This document shows positions 10,192 through 20,108 of a DNA stretch of 64,000 nucleotides, one piece after another (position 1 is the stretch's first letter; each line of letters begins with the position of its first letter). The position numbers and the translations under genes are program-made. The stretch lies in IMG/VR virus record IMGVR_UViG_3300047472_000309, positions 246,655 through 310,654 of that record. One strand, 5' to 3'. Under the pieces are notes generated by a model, which saw only the letters and a list, made by a program, of their open reading frames with translations, searched no databases and was not told the origin of the DNA.

Positions 10192-11562
10192 TTATACCGC
10201 GCGAATCGCTGCGTTGATCAGGACCAGCACGACGGGGAGGTAATAGAAACGCTCGAGCCCACCCCAGGCATGGTAGGTGTCGCAGAACTGCAAGAGCAGC
10301 TTGCGATTGATCGCCTTACCTTGGAGGAAATCTCGAACACACAGTTCCAGCTTGGACTGACCGTCCGGGTAGTTGTTGTAGAAGGCTTCCGAGAACACGT
10401 AGTAGTCGTCACACAACACCGGATTGATCAACGGGGCATTGCCGTAGATCTGCAGGCCCTGCTCTTGCGACGGATCGAGCAGATCTTTAAGCGTGCCCTT
10501 ACGCGATTGCACCGGACTCAAGGCAATCGTGCCATCTGCGCTCTTAATCGCAGGCAAGGCAGCAAAGTCCACCGTGAGTTCCGGGTCGATCGGATACACC
10601 ACTCGCCGAATGCCGGAATAGTGAATCCCTTCGAGCATGGCGTTGCGCGTGAAGAGGCAAGCCGGAACGAGCCCAGCGCGCTTATTCACGAACTTCATCA
10701 GGTGATCATCGCGATTGACCAGCGCATCCCAGATCGTGATCGACTTCATTACGTCATCGTCGTCACAATTCAAGATACGGTTCTGACGGATCAGGTACGT
10801 GTCCCAGGTGGTGAAGAACTTCATCACCGCCTTCATGACGAAGTGATCGTAGGTCGGCTCGGGCTGACCGGGCAGCACCAGGGTCTTGTACTCGTTGGAC
10901 GAAAACATCTTGAAGTACATCGCCACCAGGTCGCGGTAACGATCACTGAGCTCGTTCAGGTCATGCCAGTCCTCTTCCTGAATCAAGGGGTTCTGGCCAT
11001 GGATCAGAAAGTCGCGCAGGAAGTATAGATTCTGCACGGTCTTGCTGACCAGGTCGCTCATGCGTTCCTTGGTCGCTTCATCGACCAGGACGTACTCGAT
11101 GTAGTAGCAAGTGTCCTTGTAGATCGAGCGCTCTTCCGAGTGCGTGATCTGACAGATGCCTGCTCGACCGTCGAGCAACGCGACCACGAACATGTCGCCT
11201 TCATTGGGCACCACGAACGGATACATGTTCGCATTACCGGTGACCGCCATGGTCTTTTGGTTGCCGTCCTGCGTGCTCTTCAGGTCCTGCATCACCTTCA
11301 GTTCAAGGTTCTGAATACGCCGGTACTGTTGATAGATCCCTTCCTTATCGACCGACTGACCGGTAAGCGCATTATCCTCATCGATCACTTGCGAGAAGTA
11401 ATCGACCGTCATGCTCATGCCCTCGATGTTGGTCAAGAGCGATTGCTGCGGGATGAGGGTCGTGTCGACCACCACGCCACGGTAGGCAGGTTTAGAGATC
11501 TGAATGGTGGCTGGAACAGGCGTCGCAATCGGCGAACCCGGCACTTCGTCAAAAACAGGCAT
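10192..11562 (-). CDS. Virion structural protein (phiKZ gp99-like, possible neck/head-completion)
   Basis: 456 aa; PNEGDMF motif; synteny. Confidence 0.55.
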   Translation of the reverse strand: MPVFDEVPGSPIATPVPATIQISKPAYRGVVVDTTLIPQQSLLTNIEGMSMTVDYFSQVIDEDNALTGQSVDKEGIYQQYRRIQNLELKVMQDLKSTQDGNQKTMAVTGNANMYPFVVPNEGDMFVVALLDGRAGICQITHSEERSIYKDTCYYIEYVLVDEATKERMSDLVSKTVQNLYFLRDFLIHGQNPLIQEEDWHDLNELSDRYRDLVAMYFKMFSSNEYKTLVLPGQPEPTYDHFVMKAVMKFFTTWDTYLIRQNRILNCDDDDVMKSITIWDALVNRDDHLMKFVNKRAGLVPACLFTRNAMLEGIHYSGIRRVVYPIDPELTVDFAALPAIKSADGTIALSPVQSRKGTLKDLLDPSQEQGLQIYGNAPLINPVLCDDYYVFSEAFYNNYPDGQSKLELCVRDFLQGKAINRKLLLQFCDTYHAWGGLERFYYLPVVLVLINAAIRAV

Positions 11563-11571
11563 GGTAATCCT

Positions 11572-13200
11572 TTAGCAAGAGCAGCCATCGTCACGCGGGT
11601 CAGCCGGAGCCAAGCCCGGCACATAACCCCACGTCGCGGCATTGGTATTCACACCATCCACGGCCCGGCCCGTCTGGATAAAGAGGGTACCCACATTCCA
11701 TCCGGCTGGTGCGTTCTGCTGCGTCGCAGTTGACCCATTGATGGCGTTGATCGCTTTCTCCAGACACGGCCAGGTGACCCAGGTGTCGCCCACAATACAC
11801 GGCAGCAATCCCCGGCCCTTGAGCGTCGGATCAATCGCATCGAGCAGTTTGATAAGACACGGCGCGCAATCACGCAAACGATCGAGCGCCGCCCGTGGAA
11901 TGAGGCGCAGGTTCTTCACCAGACTGATCCGCACGTGATAGGTCTGACGCAGATCCATGTCAAACGTCGTCTTCACATTCAGATCGGCATCGACCGTCAG
12001 CTTATCGGGGGTTTGCAACAACTGACCCGTATAGAGACTCACGTTAAAGATCGACTGCATCGGCTGCGTCATGTACGGCCACTCTTTTTCCAGACAGCAC
12101 CGGATGTCGGGGTCCATCATGATGTCCCCACCGATATTATCCGTGAGGTTAAAGAGCGCCCGTGGGTTCGCCGGATCGATCCTTACAAGCGCGGTCATCA
12201 AGCGCAGCGTATTCGGTACCACACTAAACGGGATAAACTCGTCGTAGGAGGGCACCTGATAGCCTTGGCGCCGTTGCATGTAGTGCATCGGGCCACCGGT
12301 CTCGAAATACGCAAACATCTTGGCTGAGAGCGCATACCGACGCAGCTGGTTTTCGATCTGATACATCGGTTGATCGGGCGGCTCCGGATGGTACTTGATC
12401 ATCTGGTTGTGGACGATCAGCGGATACTGCATTGCGCAGGCGTTTGGTTTGTCGTACTTGAACTTGTACGAGAAGCCAATGGTCCAGGTCGAGCCATCGT
12501 CTTCCTTGCTGCCTTGCTCGGGCTGACCTTCCCAGTCAAACCAACCCAGCACACGGATCTGCGACTCAGCAATCGCCCAGCGACCATTGCGTCCAGCTTG
12601 ATCGGTTAAGAAGCGCGCCTTACTGGTGCGGTGGTTCTTAAAGTAGGTCGCGAAATCCTCATCGTACCCGGCCACGTTCTCCCGCAGTCGATGAATCTCG
12701 CTGAGTACCACAAACATCTCTTCAGGCACCAGGTAGTGATAGGCGATCTGGTGCACAAACTGCTCACGACCCTGTGCGGTGCGGTTCTTGATCTCATCGC
12801 GCCAGCGCGTAGCCTGTTGCTTACTGCGTGCGCGGAACTTGACCGTCACGGTCGTGTCGCACGAACCGTAGACGGGCTTGATCCCCACACCCAGCGCGTC
12901 ATCACGAAAGATAAAGGGATTCTCCGGCCGCCATACGGCCGACGAGAGCAGGCGGTCTTCCTGATACTGCTCATCCACTTCGATCGTCAGTTGCGAGGTG
13001 TACGCAAACTTCGTCGCTTCGGGATGCGTCGAGGTAATCGACGAGCCATCTTGCATGGCGCGCTCAATGTCACCCGGATAGTTGATGCGGATGTCCTTCG
13101 GCAAGCCCGTACGCTTGATCATATCGCGCACGATGTTGTACACCACCGGGCGCGTAATGCTCTCGTACGTCTCGTGAAGCTCCACTAGTATTTTCGGCAT
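11572..13200 (-). CDS. Virion structural protein (phiKZ gp98-like, possible neck/tail-completion)
   Basis: 542 aa; first gene after a late-promoter motif; synteny. Confidence 0.55.
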   Translation of the reverse strand: MPKILVELHETYESITRPVVYNIVRDMIKRTGLPKDIRINYPGDIERAMQDGSSITSTHPEATKFAYTSQLTIEVDEQYQEDRLLSSAVWRPENPFIFRDDALGVGIKPVYGSCDTTVTVKFRARSKQQATRWRDEIKNRTAQGREQFVHQIAYHYLVPEEMFVVLSEIHRLRENVAGYDEDFATYFKNHRTSKARFLTDQAGRNGRWAIAESQIRVLGWFDWEGQPEQGSKEDDGSTWTIGFSYKFKYDKPNACAMQYPLIVHNQMIKYHPEPPDQPMYQIENQLRRYALSAKMFAYFETGGPMHYMQRRQGYQVPSYDEFIPFSVVPNTLRLMTALVRIDPANPRALFNLTDNIGGDIMMDPDIRCCLEKEWPYMTQPMQSIFNVSLYTGQLLQTPDKLTVDADLNVKTTFDMDLRQTYHVRISLVKNLRLIPRAALDRLRDCAPCLIKLLDAIDPTLKGRGLLPCIVGDTWVTWPCLEKAINAINGSTATQQNAPAGWNVGTLFIQTGRAVDGVNTNAATWGYVPGLAPADPRDDGCSC

Positions 13201-13236
13201 TTCTGTTCCCCGGCTATAATTTCATCATAGGATCGG

Positions 13237-13277
13237 CGTCATAGAGGCAGGACCGAAGTCCTGCCTCCATTATGCCC
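13237..13277. terminator. Hairpin terminator flanked by CATA and TATGCC
   Basis: GAGGCAGGAC-CGAA-GTCCTGCCTC. Confidence 0.7.
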
Positions 13278-13284
13278 GTGGGGC

Positions 13285-14652
13285 TTAGGCCGGTTGTGCT
13301 TGACCTTGCAGCTCGCCGACGAGCGACTTTTCCTTGTTCGGATCAGCCACTTCGTACACCGAGTTGTAATGCGCGATGATCATCATCAGCGTACGAGCCA
13401 CGCCAATCACCTTGGTGTAGAACGCCACGCTCGGCTGTTGTACCCAGCGCGCCAGCGCCGAGTTAAAGTCGAGCATGCTCTTCACCATGGCGGCTTCGAC
13501 CGGTTGTTGCTCGGCCATCTTGCCTGCCTCGATAACGACATGATCCGCCGCTTGTTCGAGCTTCGCGCGCGCTGCCTTGAGTTGCTTCAGGCCACCGTGC
13601 GAACCATTGAACTGCGCGATCTTCTGCAACGCATCGTTCATGAGCTGCACCGCGTGCTCGTAGACCGTTGCAGTCGCGTGCTTGAAGACCACGTCGTCGC
13701 TCTTCGGCTCTTCGCCTTCGAGCATGGTGAGACCACCGTGGCGCAAACGCTCGATCGCTTCGAAGTTGCCGACGCTACCGTTGTCCTTGAACTCGCGGAA
13801 CTGGAAGTACGTACAGCCGAGAACTTCCTGGCAGGACATGAGCGAGAACTCGCCCTCGTTCGACAGGAACGGCAACGGGAAGCTACTGCGCAGTTTTTGC
13901 GATTGCACCAGAGCCTGACGCATTTCAGCGGCGACATCATCAGTCGTCTCCGGCGTCCACTTCGCGATGGAAGCAGCCAGTGCATCGGTCAGCGTGACCA
14001 CCCGTTGCGGATTGTCGACGTAGACGAAGTTCACCGCGCTCACGAAACGCTCGAGCTCTTTGGTGAACTCCGGCATCGAACGCGTGACGCGAATGCCGTT
14101 CGAGAAGTAGTTCATCCCGTGCTCGACATTCATCGACGGATTCGCGCCGTACTTCAGCTGACCCGTGCGGTTCTTCATCTGCTTGACAAGCAGTTGCAGC
14201 TTCGCATAGATCGTCGGCAGAATCACGTGGACCTTGAAGAACTTGTCGATCGCTTCCCAGATCTTCGCACACAGCGCCTTGATGGCTGCCCAGAGCTTAC
14301 CAGCGGTTTCCCGCCAGTTCTCCGTGGCGATCTGCTGACCCACGGCCAGCTCAGGACCACCCAGCAACTGTTCCGGTGGCATGTCCGTACCGGCACAGGC
14401 CATTTGCGCGACGTTGTCGATCAGGTCGAGCTCAGTCGCGCTCGGCTTTTCGATCCCATCCGCGATGACGGCGAGATCTTCGATGGCTTTCGCCAGGTCC
14501 GTCATGCGTTCGGTTTCGCACAGCAGATCTTCAGACTTGGCCGCTTGTTCATTGGCTTGGTCCACGAGGATGATCTGTTCCTCGAGTGACACTCGAAAAG
14601 TCGAGCGCACGTCCTCCGACGGGGGCGTCGGAGCAAAGTGTTTACGCAGCAT
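13285..14652 (-). CDS. Inner-body/head paralog-family protein (phiKZ gp93-97 family)
   Basis: Start moved to MLRKHF; acidic propeptide with SLE and ATE sites followed by an amphipathic helix; paralogous to 14669..16033. Confidence 0.75.
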   Translation of the reverse strand: MLRKHFAPTPPSEDVRSTFRVSLEEQIILVDQANEQAAKSEDLLCETERMTDLAKAIEDLAVIADGIEKPSATELDLIDNVAQMACAGTDMPPEQLLGGPELAVGQQIATENWRETAGKLWAAIKALCAKIWEAIDKFFKVHVILPTIYAKLQLLVKQMKNRTGQLKYGANPSMNVEHGMNYFSNGIRVTRSMPEFTKELERFVSAVNFVYVDNPQRVVTLTDALAASIAKWTPETTDDVAAEMRQALVQSQKLRSSFPLPFLSNEGEFSLMSCQEVLGCTYFQFREFKDNGSVGNFEAIERLRHGGLTMLEGEEPKSDDVVFKHATATVYEHAVQLMNDALQKIAQFNGSHGGLKQLKAARAKLEQAADHVVIEAGKMAEQQPVEAAMVKSMLDFNSALARWVQQPSVAFYTKVIGVARTLMMIIAHYNSVYEVADPNKEKSLVGELQGQAQPA

Positions 14653-14668
14653 GTTGACGTGCTCCTTG

Positions 14669-16033
14669 TTAGGCGGACTTGCCGAGAACAACTTTACCGT
14701 CGATGCTCAGCTGACACCAGGCCAGCACGAACCGGCAAGCACTGACGATGTAGCTGTAGAACGGCAGGGTCGGCACTTGCGCCCAACGGGCGAACATCGC
14801 ATTCAGGTTCAGTGCAGCCTTGAGTTCGTGCTCAGCTTGCGCTGCGCCTTCACCTTGCACCGTGCCCGAGAAAGCCGCGACGGCCTTATCAGAGGCTGCC
14901 TTCAGGCGATCCGACACGCTCTTCAACTTCGGTGCATGTTGGCTGTGGAAGTTCTCGATCACCGCCAGCAGCGTTTCGGCACCCTTGAGCGCTTGTTGCA
15001 ACATCGCGCGATCCGACAGGTAGAAGATCGCCTGGTGGCCTTGCGTGTAGCCTTGGTGAGTCATACGATCGGCGTCACCCTTTTCGAGCGTGATACCCGA
15101 ATGACGAATCGCATCGAGGGCTTGCGCAGCAGGCATGTTCGGCTGGACCTTGAAGGTCTTGCCGATCAGCATGCCATTACCGAGGAACGACTGGCAGCTC
15201 GCGACTTCGTAACCGTTGTCGTTACCTTCCGAGACTGCCATCGGCAGGCCACCAAAGTTCAGACGGCCGAGTTGCTTCACGACGTTCTGCAACACGTCGT
15301 CAACGTTCTGCGGTGTCACGCTGCCAAGGATGGTTTCCAGACGCTGACCCGTCGCTTCGATTTCGTTGGCGTAGGTGTCGTAAATGAAGCCCGCCACCTT
15401 GGCCGTCGAATGCAAAGCCTTGATGGTGTCTTCTTCCGTCTTCAGCTGCTCGCCTTCGAAGGAGAACCACTCGCCCAGTTGGCTCAGCGATTCAGCCCGA
15501 CCTGCTTCAGTCGGCGGCCGAAACCGGTACTTGGTTTCGTCTTGCAGCGCGACTTGCATTTGCTTGATCTTGGATTTCAGTTCCCGCACCACCACGTGGA
15601 TGCGGAAGAAAGCCATGAACTTTTCCCACAGCCGCGCGATGAACGCGAGGATGTTCTTCCACAGCGTCTTCGCTTTTTCAGCGAGGCTTTCGAAGGCAAT
15701 TGCTTTGCCTTCTTGGAAGCCTTCCATCGCAGGCAGCATCAGCTCCGGCTCGTTGTCCGTTCCAGCGACACCGGCCTGACTGGCTGTAGCGATAAGTTGC
15801 AGTTCCGTGGGCGAGGCTTCACGGATGTTTTGGGCAACGGCGGCCAGATCTTCCAGTGCATCGGAGAGTTCGAGCTGCTTGTTGACTTCTTGGAGACCGG
15901 ACGTGCACGACGTCATGTCCCGGTGTGCTTGATCGAGGACCAGGGCTTCCTCTTCCAGCGACAAACGACGGACTGGCGGGGCTGCTTTGGGCACCTGAAC
16001 CACACGCACAGTCGCGGCCATTGTTTTACGCAT
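14669..16033 (-). CDS. Inner-body/head paralog-family protein
   Basis: SLEEE, AMEG and AFES protease-site motifs; FFRIHV and FARWAQVP match FFKVHV and LARWVQQP in the neighbour. Confidence 0.75.
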   Translation of the reverse strand: MRKTMAATVRVVQVPKAAPPVRRLSLEEEALVLDQAHRDMTSCTSGLQEVNKQLELSDALEDLAAVAQNIREASPTELQLIATASQAGVAGTDNEPELMLPAMEGFQEGKAIAFESLAEKAKTLWKNILAFIARLWEKFMAFFRIHVVVRELKSKIKQMQVALQDETKYRFRPPTEAGRAESLSQLGEWFSFEGEQLKTEEDTIKALHSTAKVAGFIYDTYANEIEATGQRLETILGSVTPQNVDDVLQNVVKQLGRLNFGGLPMAVSEGNDNGYEVASCQSFLGNGMLIGKTFKVQPNMPAAQALDAIRHSGITLEKGDADRMTHQGYTQGHQAIFYLSDRAMLQQALKGAETLLAVIENFHSQHAPKLKSVSDRLKAASDKAVAAFSGTVQGEGAAQAEHELKAALNLNAMFARWAQVPTLPFYSYIVSACRFVLAWCQLSIDGKVVLGKSA

Positions 16034-16120
16034 GTTCTCTGTATCCTTGTCTTAGCAGCAATAACCCCCTCCCAGGCCCCTGAGGACCCAGGAGGGGGTA
16101 ATCACACGCAAGCTACGTGG

Positions 16121-18406
16121 TTAGGCCTTCGCCGGAGCTGCACCAGCAGCCGGTGCCGCGGCCGGAGCAGCAGCGCCGTAAGCGACCGCCGACTTCTCGA
16201 CCCAGTTCAGCGCTGCATTGCCGGTGCGGATCGCGTAGACGTTGAACGACTTGAACGGCTCGTCCAGCGCCTTCTTGATCGCCAGCACTGCTTGACGTGC
16301 GGCATCTGCCTTCGCCTTCACGCTTTCGTCTTGCGACACGTTGTTGAGCATCGAGAAGTTGCGCGCCACTTGTGCCAGCTTTTGGCCAGCAGCGACAGCT
16401 TTCGAGATCTCTTGCTTCGATTGCTTGACGAGTGCAGCGATGGCGGCGACCTGGTTCGCCACCGTACCAGCTTGCGGAGCCGACAGAACCGGCAGGGCAG
16501 CCTTGGCATTCACGTCGCCGATCTGATCGAGCACCGCTTCGCTATTGCCCACGTCGTCGGAGATGAAGAACTCCAGACGCATGTTACCCGGCAAGACAGC
16601 CGACATCAGGCGATTGCCATTGGCTTCGCTGGCCCAGCCCGAAAGCATCTGTGCGGTCCACGGGTAGGCGAACTTCGCATCTTCGCCGACGTTGATGAAA
16701 CCGTCTGCATGCGAGAGTTGACCGATGGTGCTTTCTGCAGCTTGCACCATCTGCGGGTAAGCCTTGTACAGGCCTTGCGCAACCTTTTGCAGACCCACCA
16801 GCCCGTTCAGCGGATTGCCACCCGGCACGAAGAGTGCCTCGGCGACCGACTGGTCTTCGATCTGACGCACGTTCGGCTGGCCTTGCAAAGCCTGGGCCTT
16901 CGCTGCGACTTGCTTCGCACGCGCTTCGAGTGCCACCGCGCCGTTGAAGAGCTTCTCGGCGAATTGACCCGCCATCTTCAGACCCGCCAGGATCGCCTGG
17001 TAGATCTTTTCCCAGATTGCCTTGATCTGCTCGCCGAGCGATTCGAGCGACAGTTGCGACGCGCTGATTTGCTTGGACGCACCACCGAACGATTCGAGCG
17101 AGATCGGACGCGGCATTTGCATGTCCAGACGCTGATAGAGCGCTTCCAGTCCGATGTGCATCATGCGTGCGCCGTGACGGTTCAGACCGCCCGATTCGAC
17201 AGCCGTCGACAGAGCTTCACGATAGGATTCCATCGATTCGACGACTTCGAAACCTTCTTCGACGCGACGGTTGACTTCGTCGACGTCACCTTCCGATTCC
17301 GCGATGTCCATCAGTTCCGTTTCCAGACCCGAGGCGCTGTCTTCGACTTGCTCAGCTTCAGCTTCGACTTGCGTCGGCAGGGCGCCCAGTTCTGCGCCTT
17401 CGCCACCGGCGAGCTCAGCACCTGCGTCCAGACCAGCGGTTTCAGCACCGGCGTCAGCAGCCGGAACTTCACGGCCTTCTGCGCGACCAGCTTGTTCGTC
17501 AGCGCGCGCCACCAGACGGCGTGCGTTTTCGAGTTCGACCGGATCGATCACTTCGTCGACCACCACAGCTGCGACTTCACCGCCTTCTTCACCTGCCGGG
17601 GGCACTGCACCGACGTCGGCTGCACCGGCTTCGCCACCGAGATCGGCACCGAGTTCAGCGCCTGCTTCCGTGCCAGCGGCCGGAACTTCAGCGACAGCGC
17701 CGGTTGCATCTTGACCGGGAACTTCACCTGCGGCAGCTTCTGCACCAGCAGCGGCTTCAGCGGGGTCACCCGTGACTTCAGCCACACCACCCAGCTCTGC
17801 ACCGGCTTCGCCGACCGCCGGGACTTCCGGCACTTCAGCTGCGGCGCGACCTTCGTCGCCTGCGGGCGGAACTTCAGCAGCGGGAACTTCAGCAGCGCGC
17901 GCCGGGGCTTCCAGCTCGCCTTCTTCTTGACGGCGGATTTCGGCTTCGGCTTCTTCCGAGGTCAGACCGTCGTCTTCGAGCGCGACCTTGATACGGGCAC
18001 GCTGGATCGGCGAGAACTTCACGCGCTTCGGTGCCTTGGCACCACGCGATTCGAGTGCGCCTGCCGTGCCGACGAGTTCCTTGACCTTGCCTTCGCCACC
18101 CGTGGCGACCGAGACCGTCGGGTCTTCGCCGTTCGAGAGTTGCGGATCGACTTCGCCGTCCTTCTTCACGGCCGAGCTGCCAACGTCGTTCTTTTCCTTG
18201 GGCTCGTCTTTGCCCTTGGTGCCGTCCATGTCGCCAGCAACAGGATCTTTGTCGTTGGACAGTTGGGGCGGGACTTCGCCTTCCTTCTTGGGAGCCGGGA
18301 TGCTCTTGTCGCCAGCGCCGATCGCTTCTGCGGCTTCGGGCGACAGATCTGCTTCTTCCAGCGCCTTACGGAAACGGGCGCCAAAGCCAGTACGAATGCT
18401 ACGCAT
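16121..18406 (-). CDS. Inner-body/head paralog-family protein with a very long acidic propeptide (gp93-like)
   Basis: 761 aa; E/A/G-rich N-half; ISLESFGG...LSLESLGE processing motifs. Confidence 0.75.
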   Translation of the reverse strand: MRSIRTGFGARFRKALEEADLSPEAAEAIGAGDKSIPAPKKEGEVPPQLSNDKDPVAGDMDGTKGKDEPKEKNDVGSSAVKKDGEVDPQLSNGEDPTVSVATGGEGKVKELVGTAGALESRGAKAPKRVKFSPIQRARIKVALEDDGLTSEEAEAEIRRQEEGELEAPARAAEVPAAEVPPAGDEGRAAAEVPEVPAVGEAGAELGGVAEVTGDPAEAAAGAEAAAGEVPGQDATGAVAEVPAAGTEAGAELGADLGGEAGAADVGAVPPAGEEGGEVAAVVVDEVIDPVELENARRLVARADEQAGRAEGREVPAADAGAETAGLDAGAELAGGEGAELGALPTQVEAEAEQVEDSASGLETELMDIAESEGDVDEVNRRVEEGFEVVESMESYREALSTAVESGGLNRHGARMMHIGLEALYQRLDMQMPRPISLESFGGASKQISASQLSLESLGEQIKAIWEKIYQAILAGLKMAGQFAEKLFNGAVALEARAKQVAAKAQALQGQPNVRQIEDQSVAEALFVPGGNPLNGLVGLQKVAQGLYKAYPQMVQAAESTIGQLSHADGFINVGEDAKFAYPWTAQMLSGWASEANGNRLMSAVLPGNMRLEFFISDDVGNSEAVLDQIGDVNAKAALPVLSAPQAGTVANQVAAIAALVKQSKQEISKAVAAGQKLAQVARNFSMLNNVSQDESVKAKADAARQAVLAIKKALDEPFKSFNVYAIRTGNAALNWVEKSAVAYGAAAPAAAPAAGAAPAKA

Positions 18407-18528
18407 GGTTCTTTCTTCCTATCGATAGGGTTTAAATCGGAGTGCACTTTACAGCAGAGTACCCGCGCGGTACGTCCTTAATAACCCTGGGTTAGAGTTA
18501 CTATAGTATTTACGGCTTACTTACTCGT

Positions 18529-19146
18529 TTACGAGCGTGAGCCGAACAGGACGTGCAGCGTGAGCAGCAGGTCTTCCAGACCATTGGGTTGTGCACACCA
18601 ATCTTGCAGGACATCCACGAGCATCGTATTGCGACGTTGACGAACGTAGCCGTTGGTGGTGATGCCGAAGAACTCAGCCGTGTACTCGCTTACCGGTCCG
18701 CGCATTTCGCCGGAGTCCGAATAATCGATCAAGCTGTCCCAGGTTTCCAGCGACATCTCCCGACGACCCGTCAGGATGAAGCGCAGACAATCCTCGAGAA
18801 AGCGACGATGCATATCGCCCACTGAGGCACTTTCGAACTGCTTGAGGTACCAGAAATCGAACGCATCGGTACCAAACGCATTCAACGCCGTAATCAGCAC
18901 CAGCTTACGGAATTCAAACGCTTCCGCTTTATAGGTGTTACGGATGTACTTCGAGTACAGCGACTCGACGTTTTCGTTGACTGCGATGGTCGATGAACTC
19001 GGCTGGAAGAGGCTCAGATTGTTCTGGAGCTTCCGGTACTCGTCCTGAAACGGTGCCGGAGACTTCTCAATCCGCGGAGCGAGGATCGCGCCCAGGAAAC
19101 CCCGCGGATAAATCGTGAACCCCGCATTGGAGACGAGGCCAGCCAT
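18529..19146 (-). CDS. Conserved head-region protein (phiKZ gp91-like)
   Basis: True start MAGLVSN at 19146 overlaps the upstream stop (TAATG coupling). Confidence 0.65.
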   Translation of the reverse strand: MAGLVSNAGFTIYPRGFLGAILAPRIEKSPAPFQDEYRKLQNNLSLFQPSSSTIAVNENVESLYSKYIRNTYKAEAFEFRKLVLITALNAFGTDAFDFWYLKQFESASVGDMHRRFLEDCLRFILTGRREMSLETWDSLIDYSDSGEMRGPVSEYTAEFFGITTNGYVRQRRNTMLVDVLQDWCAQPNGLEDLLLTLHVLFGSRS

Positions 19147-20048
19147 TACTTGCCCTCCATCTTCGTGATCTTGTACTGCAGATCCTTGGCCCGTTGTTCC
19201 AGATATTCGATTTCCTTCTGGACTTTCGGGTTCGGCTTGCCTTGGCTGACTTGCTCGAGGTTCAGCTTCCGCAGCTGGACCATCTTGAGCGTTTCCTTGG
19301 CTTGCTTGTAGCGCGCCGCTTGCCACTCAGCCCACAGCAGCCCGACACCGTACCACAAGCTCCAGGTGCCGGTGCCGATGATGAGGTTCTGCTTGAGCGG
19401 GTCGAGCTTGGCCGCGCCCATCGTTTGCGGCAGCGTGTCGATGTTGTCGTCGGTGACGACGATGTCGGGCACCTCGGCAAGCTTCTTCTTCACTTCGCCG
19501 GGGCTTTCCGTCACGACTTCAAACGCCGTGCAAAAGCTGATGAAGTTGTCTTCGATGAAGGCCTTCTCCGCCGGAGCCAGCGCGTCGCGTACCGATGTGA
19601 TACCGCTATTTTCCACCTTGGCGGTTTCGCACACGTAGACGTAGTTCAGGAACTGCACCAGGAAGCGCGAGACGAACTGCACGTTGGTCACGAACTGGAT
19701 GAGCTGCGCCTTCTTGTACGTCAAGCCCGCGGTCACCACTTCGTCGCCGATCGAAGCCTTGATCAGCTCTTCGACGTCGTTCAGGTTCTGCACCATCAAG
19801 GGCAGACCGCGATCGATCGTGACGATGATGTTGCCGCCATTGCTCTTCACGAGGCCCTTCCACGTCTCGATGCGGTCTTGCATCTCGTCGGACTTGAACG
19901 ACCAGTTCTTCAAGAACACAGCCGCTTGCCCGTACATGGGTTTGAGGGTTTCTTCGATTTCCGCCCGAGTCAGACGGCAATCCTCGATGATGCGATCGCG
20001 ACCGAACGTCGGCAGCAGATTACGCAAGAAATCACGAATGGAACTCAT
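19146..20048 (-). CDS. Inner-body protein (phiKZ gp90-like)
   Basis: 300-aa helical protein with a C-terminal coiled coil; synteny. Confidence 0.65.
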   Translation of the reverse strand: MSSIRDFLRNLLPTFGRDRIIEDCRLTRAEIEETLKPMYGQAAVFLKNWSFKSDEMQDRIETWKGLVKSNGGNIIVTIDRGLPLMVQNLNDVEELIKASIGDEVVTAGLTYKKAQLIQFVTNVQFVSRFLVQFLNYVYVCETAKVENSGITSVRDALAPAEKAFIEDNFISFCTAFEVVTESPGEVKKKLAEVPDIVVTDDNIDTLPQTMGAAKLDPLKQNLIIGTGTWSLWYGVGLLWAEWQAARYKQAKETLKMVQLRKLNLEQVSQGKPNPKVQKEIEYLEQRAKDLQYKITKMEGK

Positions 20049-20108
20049 TTTTGTACCTTGAGGAATGCCGGGTCCCCACTGAAGAGGACCCCAGCCGACA
20101 AAGGGGAA

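Noticed and set aside
14381-18481. 1366-aa plus-strand ORF
   Set aside because: Antisense shadow of the inner-body genes; their codon bias and low complexity suppress stops on the opposite strand; no recognisable domain
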